A stretch of DNA of 61,595 nt from a bacterium. GTDB taxonomy: Bacteria > UBP14 > UBA6098 > JAFGQG01. The stretch spans positions 1 to 61,595 of the forward strand of contig JAFGGQ010000148.1 of NCBI GenBank assembly GCA_016930435.1, read 5' to 3'. Under the pieces are notes generated by a model. That model was not told the DNA's origin, searched no databases, and was given only the letters and a program-made list of their open reading frames with translations. Below, in pieces: positions 1 to 8,000 of the stretch. The translations under genes and the position numbers were made by a program. Position 1 is the first letter of the stretch; every line of letters begins with the position of its first letter.

Positions 1-2
1 AT

Positions 3-197
3 TTTAAGGGCCAGACCTTTAACCTGAACGAACAGGGGAATATCCATGGTAACCTGTCACTGCCGGCCCAACTTGTGGTTATTAAGGGCTCTGTGAAGGA
101 CAACATTACCGGTCAGTGCCAGACGCTGGTTATCCCTGAAGATTTTCAGGGGCATGTGAATCTCATTTACGGTTCGGTAACCTATACTAATTATTGA
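3..197 (+). CDS. 3' end of a gene entering the window; possible polymer-forming/bactofilin-like beta-helix repeat protein
   Basis: Frame 3 is open from the window edge to TGA 195-197: FKGQTFNLNEQGNIHGNLSLPAQLVVIKGSVKDNITGQCQTLVIPEDFQGHVNLIYGSVTYTNY. The I/V-x-G-x-V/L periodicity resembles beta-helix repeats. Not in the ORF track. Confidence 0.5.
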   Translation, partial: FKGQTFNLNEQGNIHGNLSLPAQLVVIKGSVKDNITGQCQTLVIPEDFQGHVNLIYGSVTYTNY

Positions 198-301
198 GTT
201 CTGATAAGGTTCTGTTCTATGATGAGCCTGCTGGTTTGTCCGGAAGAAAAATCAAAAATCAGCATGGAAGTTATTTAAAAAAACTCCAAAATATGAGAGC
301 A

Positions 302-1918
302 TTAATCGGAGATGATCTTCCAACGGGGGCTTACTTCCGGTGAAAGCGGTGAGTGTTTTCGAAAATATTCGGTCAGGGCGTCCCGGATAGTAACATAGGT
401 GTGATTCATTATCTCGTGCGAGAATCCCTCCAGGTAGCGGAGGTTGTAGGCATCGATGAGGTAATCGGAAACGGCAAGGGTATAAATGATGTCATCTTTC
501 ATAGTCTGGCCTTCCACCTCCACTTTGACTATACTGGCTTCCTGATGGGCTTTTGGGTCGAAGAAGAGCTTGCCTCCGGAGATCAGCAATCCCTGGTGCT
601 TGGAGGCTACCCGGGAGAATATTTTCACCATCAGTGAACCTGGCGCGGCAACCACAACGATGGAATTATCAAAGGGCATGACGTTGAAGAGGTCCCGGAG
701 GGTGACCTCTCCACCCGGGATTTCAGCTCGAACACCGCCCAGGTTGGAAATAGCGAAGTCGGTACCCGCGTTTTCACGCATGGCATCACAGACCAGGTAT
801 CCCGCATAGTTGGAAGCGGCATCCCCTCGTGTAATGATTCCCGTGGTATAACCGACGACCTCGTCGAACCCGGCTTCAACCTCGCCCTGAAGGGTGTTCA
901 GAAGACTGTCTAAGACCGGGTCAGGCCAGAACTCCTCCTCAAAATAAGTTACTATTTCGCTTTGGTATTCGGGGAATTCATAACCTACGATGGCTTTGGC
1001 TTCGAAATCCACTTTCAGCATCAGGGTTCCAATGCTTCCTCCGTTGGCGTAGTTCTGAACGACAAGTGTATGCTTCTCGGGGTGCTCCCAGGGTTGGCGG
1101 TGACCGATATGAATATGACCCCCGATGATAAGGTCCACTCCCTCGGTAAAATGGGCGACTTCCACGGCATTCAAGCGTTTGTCGGTGGATTTTAACTCAC
1201 CCGCATCGATCTTCCGGAGCATCTCCCGGTAGGCTTCGTCGGGATCCCAGGGCAGTCCCAGGTGCGCCAGGAGGATCACTATTTCGGCGCCCTCTGCGCG
1301 AACCTTATCAATATATTTCTGAGCAGTTTCGGCCTCCGGGAGAAATTGAACATTGGCAACATTTTCGGAGAAGGTGGTGATCTCGGTCTCCGCAGTGGTC
1401 AATCCAATTATGGCCACTTTAACTCCAAAGAAATATTTTATGATATACGGCTTGACATAGCTTACCAATTCTTTGGTATCTTTGTCAATTATATTACAGG
1501 AGAGAAATGGAAAATGGGCTATCTGTGAGAGGGTTTTTAGGTTTTCCTCGCCTGCATCGAATTCATGATTGCCCACCGCCATGGCGTCGAACCCCATCTG
1601 GTTCATCAACCTGATCACTGCTTCGCCTTTTGAAAGGGAGCCGATAGGGGTTCCGGTGAAGCAATCGCCGGCATCCAGAAAAAGCAATCCGTCCCCTTTT
1701 TCCTTATACCTTTCCCGCAATCTTTTCAGGTATGTAAGCTGAGATGCGATACTCCCCATTTCAGGGGGAAAATCGGGGTTGATAAAGGTTGCCGGACGGC
1801 TGGTTACTCCGCCGTGCACATCGTTGGTATGAACGATGATTAACTTGCGGGTTTCATTGGCATCAACAAATACCGCAGTTATTAAAACCAGGAGTAAGAT
1901 TATCGCTACTTTTTTCAT
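302..1918 (-). CDS. Secreted 5'-nucleotidase / UDP-sugar hydrolase (UshA-like metallophosphoesterase plus 5_nucleotid_C domain)
   Basis: Signal peptide; motifs HTNDVHG, DAGD, GNHEFD, GGHIH; C-terminal NLGGVR...MPFDN. Confidence 0.92.
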   Translation of the reverse strand: MKKVAIILLLVLITAVFVDANETRKLIIVHTNDVHGGVTSRPATFINPDFPPEMGSIASQLTYLKRLRERYKEKGDGLLFLDAGDCFTGTPIGSLSKGEAVIRLMNQMGFDAMAVGNHEFDAGEENLKTLSQIAHFPFLSCNIIDKDTKELVSYVKPYIIKYFFGVKVAIIGLTTAETEITTFSENVANVQFLPEAETAQKYIDKVRAEGAEIVILLAHLGLPWDPDEAYREMLRKIDAGELKSTDKRLNAVEVAHFTEGVDLIIGGHIHIGHRQPWEHPEKHTLVVQNYANGGSIGTLMLKVDFEAKAIVGYEFPEYQSEIVTYFEEEFWPDPVLDSLLNTLQGEVEAGFDEVVGYTTGIITRGDAASNYAGYLVCDAMRENAGTDFAISNLGGVRAEIPGGEVTLRDLFNVMPFDNSIVVVAAPGSLMVKIFSRVASKHQGLLISGGKLFFDPKAHQEASIVKVEVEGQTMKDDIIYTLAVSDYLIDAYNLRYLEGFSHEIMNHTYVTIRDALTEYFRKHSPLSPEVSPRWKIISD

Positions 1919-2062
1919 ATTTGGAACTTAATTAATGATAGTTAAAGGGTAAAGTCAAGTTTTTTTGAGAATGCGGTCTTTTGGTTACCCACAATAGACC
2001 TTGACTTTTATGAAATATAGTATTTATTAAATTATTGGTTAGAAATTAAAAGGGGATTAAAT

Positions 2063-5000
2063 GTGGGTAAAAAATTTCTATTAATAATGGTTATTGTAGG
2101 GTTTTGCGCAAATATTTGCCTGGCTGAACGCTGCAATATTCTAATCTACACCACGGGGGGGATGTATGCTGGCGACCGTTTTGATTCTCTAAAAGCTGTA
2201 CTCGAAGATATGGGCAATACGGTGCGATTAGAGGATCGCACTTCGATCTCCGATCTATCAAGTCTGTTACCGGGTGATTACTCCCAATGTTGGTTTATCA
2301 ACGGGGATACCAATCGCGCGGTTTCATTAAACACAGAGGAGCGAGATTCAATAATCCTGTTTGCCGAAAGCGGGGGTGGACTGGTTATTTTAGCGGATCA
2401 TGTATCTGGTTTAGCCTCTTATCATGCCGACGCTAATTTTATCTGTCAGGAATGGTTGCTTCAATTTAGCGGAAACCGTAATCACTCCTTTGGAGGAAGT
2501 CATACATGTAATCCTTATATACTGTTTTCAGACCACCCTATTTCTGAGTCGATCACAACATTATTCACCACAATCTCGGAAGCTGAAATACATTTCAGTG
2601 GATTGGATACAGATTGTCATCCTATAGCTATTTATGCTGAAGATACTTTACAATGCAGCTTTGAGATGGATGATGCTAAAATATTTTTGGATGGGTGTTT
2701 TGAAAGGTACCTGGATGAATTTATTCACGAGTGTGGGGGCGATAGTCTGGTCCGAAATATATCATGCTGGCTAGAACCTCATGGTTGTGGTTGTGAAGAA
2801 TTATATGTTTCTTCCATCGATTACCTCTGGTTCTGGGAGGAAACTGATTGCAACGATAGCAACATCGTCCATATCTGCTACCTTCTCAGCGGTGACACCA
2901 GCAATATTACGATCTCCCTGAGTAGTGATGGCGGTTTGACCTGGGAGGTTCCTTTATTCACTCTGCTGGATACCGTGGGTGACCTGGGAAGCGAAGTCGC
3001 TCCCGGGGAGCATTGTTTTCAATGGCTGATGAATGAAGACCTGCCGGATAGTGAAGGGATGAACTGGATGCTGGAGATTGCCACCGGTTATTCCCGGGGA
3101 TCCTGTTCGGATAGTGTACTCTATATCCTGGCTGATTCTTTTTACATAGGATACAGGGAGGGGCAGGATCTGGCGCATACGGATTCCACTATGCTGTTAG
3201 TGGCTAATCCCTATTCATCCATTATCTCAATCTATGAATTTTCGAAATGTACCAGTGCTCTGCTTCGCTCTGCGGAGATCCCGGTTGCCGCGTCATCTCC
3301 ACACCAGGGAATAACCTATGCTTTTGGTTTTATCTGGGTAACCGGTCATGACGGAGTAATCTATAAAGTTGACCATTCCACTTTAATGGTGGAAGGAAGA
3401 TATGCCCTGGACCGCTCAGGGTTGGCAGGTTCGCCTTATTATGAAGGTTTGACCTATGATGATAGTCTGCTTTATGTGATCGAGGATTGGAGCGCGGTCG
3501 GTGGGGCAAGTATGATCTTCGGCTTCGACCCTGATTCTGCTCTATCCTGTTCTGTCGCGTTACTGCCACGGGCTATAGACATTGATGTGCCAGATTATAA
3601 CTATGAAGGTTTTACTATGGCCGGGGGGGTGTTCTGGTGCACCTGTCCCGGTGATCATTCGATCAAGGGCATCGATCTGAGCGGCGCGGTGGTGGAAGAC
3701 TATCCGGCTCCGGGCCCCCTTACTAACGGAGCAGCCTGGGATGGCTGTTATCTTTTCCTCTCCGATCGGAACAGCCCCTGGGTTTTTATCTATGGAGACG
3801 GGGCAAGGTTATGGGAATGGTTGTGCCCATCCTCCTTAAGGGCTAATGCAAATCTGGATTCCCGGCCACCTGAAATCAACCTATTCTGTCCCGAGGGTAC
3901 ATTTGTAGAAGGAGATACGATCATATTCGATTGGTCGGTATCGGATTCCTTCTGGGTAAATGAGCCTTGCAGTCTGCATATCTATGGTTCTGGAAGGGAC
4001 CTTCATTTCGAAGTATCCGATACTTATTTTATCTGGGAGAGTTCGTTTGCCTGCTCCTCCTGCACGGTGGTTGTTGCCGCCCGGGATTCATTCTGCAACT
4101 GGGGATATGATAGTTGTGTAGTTATTATTGAACCTGCAGTTACAAGCCCTCGTATCGATTCTCTCTGGTTCTGGGAAGAAACGGAATGTGATGATACTAA
4201 CCGAGTACACATTTGTTATCATCTTAGTGGGGGTATTAGTGATGTTTATATAGAAGCAAGTACAAATGGGGGAATGACATGGGATGTTCCATTAGAAACC
4301 TTGGAAGATACAACAGGTGATATTGGATCAGATATACTTACTGGTTACCATTGTTTTACCTGGATTTTAAGTGAAGATCTGCCTAATTGGGAGGGGGAAT
4401 TATTACTTTCTATCTGCGCACCAATTGGAGATAGTATTGAATACTTTTATGATTTTGAAGATGGAACCTATAGCGATTTCGAAGAGTATGTTCCAGGAAG
4501 GTTTTTCGTAGTAGATGACGAAGCATATACAGGGTCTCTTTCTGTATATTGTGCTCATACAACTGGTGGTGATCATGATCGCATAATACACTTTGATCAC
4601 CGTTTTTCGAAAGGAAGAATAACCTGTTGGTTTAAGTGCATGGGCCCCAGTGCAGATGGTGATCTCTATATAAATTATGATACAAGTGCTATGTCAGGTT
4701 ACAGATGCAGCTATAGGCCCCGTTACACGGACGACCATGATTTTTTTGTAGCGTCTTTGGTGGATGGCCGACCAGATGAATATCTTCTATGGCATGATCC
4801 CATCCATGTGGACAGATACGAATGGTTCAAAGGGGAAATGGTTAGGGATGATGATTGGATATATATTAATGTTTATGATTCTTTCAATGTGCTAGTTGAT
4901 GAAGATTCGATAAGAGACTGTCGTTATTGTACTTATTGCCCTGGCCAGGCTACCGGTGTAGGGCTTTTTAATGGAGGCTATTTGGACGATGTTCTAATTA

Positions 5001-8000
5001 AATTTATCCCTTTGGATACTATAGGGATTTCTAACTACATTGATTCTTATCCACCAAGGGTATTCGTAAGATGCCCAGTTGAATCGATGAGCCCAGGAGA
5101 TACTGTAGAAATATCCTGGCATGTTGATGATCTCTTCTGGGCCAATGACCCTTGCAGTTTGCATATCTATGGTTCTGGAAGGGACCTTCATTTCGAAGTA
5201 TCCGATACTTATTTTATTTGGGAAAGTTCGTTTGCCTGCTCCTCCTGCACGGTGGTTGTTGCCGCCCGTGATTCCTTCTGCAACTGGGGATATGATAGCT
5301 GTGTAGTTATTATTGAACCTGCAGTTACAAGCCCTCGTATCGATTCTCTTTGGTTCTGGGAAGAAACGGAATGTGATAGGATCAATATTGTGAATATATG
5401 CTACATATTATCAGGAGACAGTGCTGATATTTCGTTTAGAATGAGTGCCGATTCCGGTTTGACCTGGTCAGTACCACTAGATAGTTTAATCAATATGGAG
5501 AATGACTTAGGGTGGGTTGATACCGGTGTACATTGCTTCGAATGGGTTATAAGCAGCGACCTGCCGGATACTGAAACTTGCAGATTTACTGTTGAAATTA
5601 TATCACGCTCCACTATGGTGGGTGAATTGTCCAACAGCAGCTTTGATGATTTTAGCGAGGGAGATACTACTTCAAATGTGAAAATAATGTCACCGGATCC
5701 TGATGGTACGGATGATGGCGCTTTATGGATACCTCCTGGAGAGGACACTATTAAGGTTCTTCAGATAGAGGCTGGTGGACCCTACTACACCCCATGTATC
5801 CCTGAAGCGATATACGCATACATGCTGGAGGGGGATCCACCACTGAGCATTAAGATATACCAGATCAACATATCTGCTTTTAATGCCTCCGCAGTTTCTC
5901 CATCGAGTATGCTTGAAGTGAGTTATGTCGATTACAGTGGTCTTTTAAGTCCTCCCGAATCGATCAGTCTAGCCAGTTTTGATCTGCTAATCTTTGGAAC
6001 CAGGGATTGCTACGGACACTATGATCTTACACTTTCCTCCGCTGATGCAGTAAGGTCGGTTGTGATTGGAGGTTCTGGATTAATGCTGACTCATGATACT
6101 GCTACTCCGCATGCGCCCTGTGGAGACCACAGTAATTTTTGCTCGTTGTATGATATAACCGGAATAACTTGTGATCCGGATATCCCCACAGACGATTGGG
6201 AGGGTTTTACCTCCGTTATACGAGTAGTCGAAACAGACCTTCCAATATTGAATACCCCTTTCGATATACCGGATACCTTCGATGTTATGCTGACCCATTG
6301 GTTGGGTCAAGGTGTTAGCGCTGGTTGGATTTTATACACGGGTCTTGATGCTCCTTATTCTGCTTTTGATAATGGTCTGTACTGGCAAGCTTATCACAAC
6401 CCTTTATACAATTCATTTTCCACCTTCTTCAGCTACGGGCATCGCCCTTTAGTGCCAGAAGAGTGGGAATCGAAAGCCATGATCAATTCCCTATTCTTTT
6501 CCCTGAACGGAGGAATTGGCACTGGGGTTTACAATAGTCCCGTCTATGAATATTGTGAGGGTACTTCAATTGATACCGTTGTATGGTCACTCACTGTTCC
6601 CCCTTGCGGCGGAGAATTGAATATTCAAATTGCCGTCGATACCTCGATCGGTATTACGGAATCCTGGACAGATTGGATACCGGTAATCACTGCAATCCAT
6701 GATCTCCCGGCTTTCGATCAATTACGCTATAGGGTAGGGATAACTGTCCAGCCGGGGTGTGAAAGCCCCATTTTGCACTGGATAAGGTTTAGGTTAACTG
6801 AACCTGATTATAGCAGTTACCATTATACTGGTTGTTTGGATTCCCGATCCCCCGAAGTTGTACTCCGGTGTCCCGAATCCCTATTTTTGGAAAGAGATAT
6901 GATCATATTCGATTGGTCGGTATCGGATTCCTTCTGGGTAAATGACCCTTGCAGTTTGCATATCTTTGGCTGTGGAACTGAACTTCACACCGAGGTTTCC
7001 GATACTTATTTTATTTGGGAAAGTTCGTTTGCCTGCTCCTCCTGTACGGTGGTTGTTGCCGCCCGGGATTCATTCTGCAACTGGGGGTACGATAGTTGTA
7101 TTATAAATATTGAAGCTTCGGTGCCCATAACCGCCTCTATCATTGAGCCTCTCCCAAACACCTGGACCAGTTGCGCAGACCAATTTATCGGTATCGTTTT
7201 GCATCCCGGCAGCATTATGGGTTGGATCTGTGAGGGAGAGACCTTGAACAGCCGTGGTGAATTGCCGGCAGCCCTGATCATTGGGACCTGGGATGGAGAT
7301 ACAACACCCTTTAGAGGGGAGATTTCTCCTTCACCGGGAGACAGCTATGGGGGCAGAACCTGGCTCACCCAGGAGGCCAATTACTGCACTACTTATTGTT
7401 ATTTTACTTGCGGGATCTCACCAGCAGCTGTCTGGCCGGAAGAGTATGCCACTGCCTATATGCATTTCTATATCTGCTCCCCGGATAACCGGGAAGCAGT
7501 CCTTTATATCGATGAGCACGATAATGCTCTTACTATCTGGCATAACGGAGATAGTATTTATTACTATGATCGGCAAAGGCTTTGTACAGAGGTCTCAGTT
7601 CATCTTGAAGCCTGCTGGAACCGGTTTCTTTTCAAGGTTTACAATACTACCATGACTACTTCCGCTGCCTGGAATGTTACCTGGGCTTTCTGGGATTCCA
7701 CCGGAAGTCCCATGACCGACCTGAGATATATTCTGGAAGTACCGGATACTTCCTATAGATCTCACTGCCCCATTGATCCGGGGAGTATCGATCTTACGCT
7801 GAATGGAGAACACTTTTCTGTTGGGGATGGTTATTTAGACCTGGTCGAGGATACGATACTTAGTTGGATACCAATGATTCCAGATTTTTTTGAAGATGGT
7901 GATACTGTGGAGGCGTGCTTGCTTTATGCCGGGGATTCCTGCGGTGGAACCTTAGAGGCCCCATTATGCTGGAATTTCTGGGTAGATCTCAGCGCGCCCC

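Noticed and set aside
3965-7099. Diversity-generating retroelement TR/VR pair
   Set aside because: Copy 1/copy 2 mismatches are synonymous and not adenine-specific, all copies are in-frame within one CDS, and no reverse transcriptase is present in the window.
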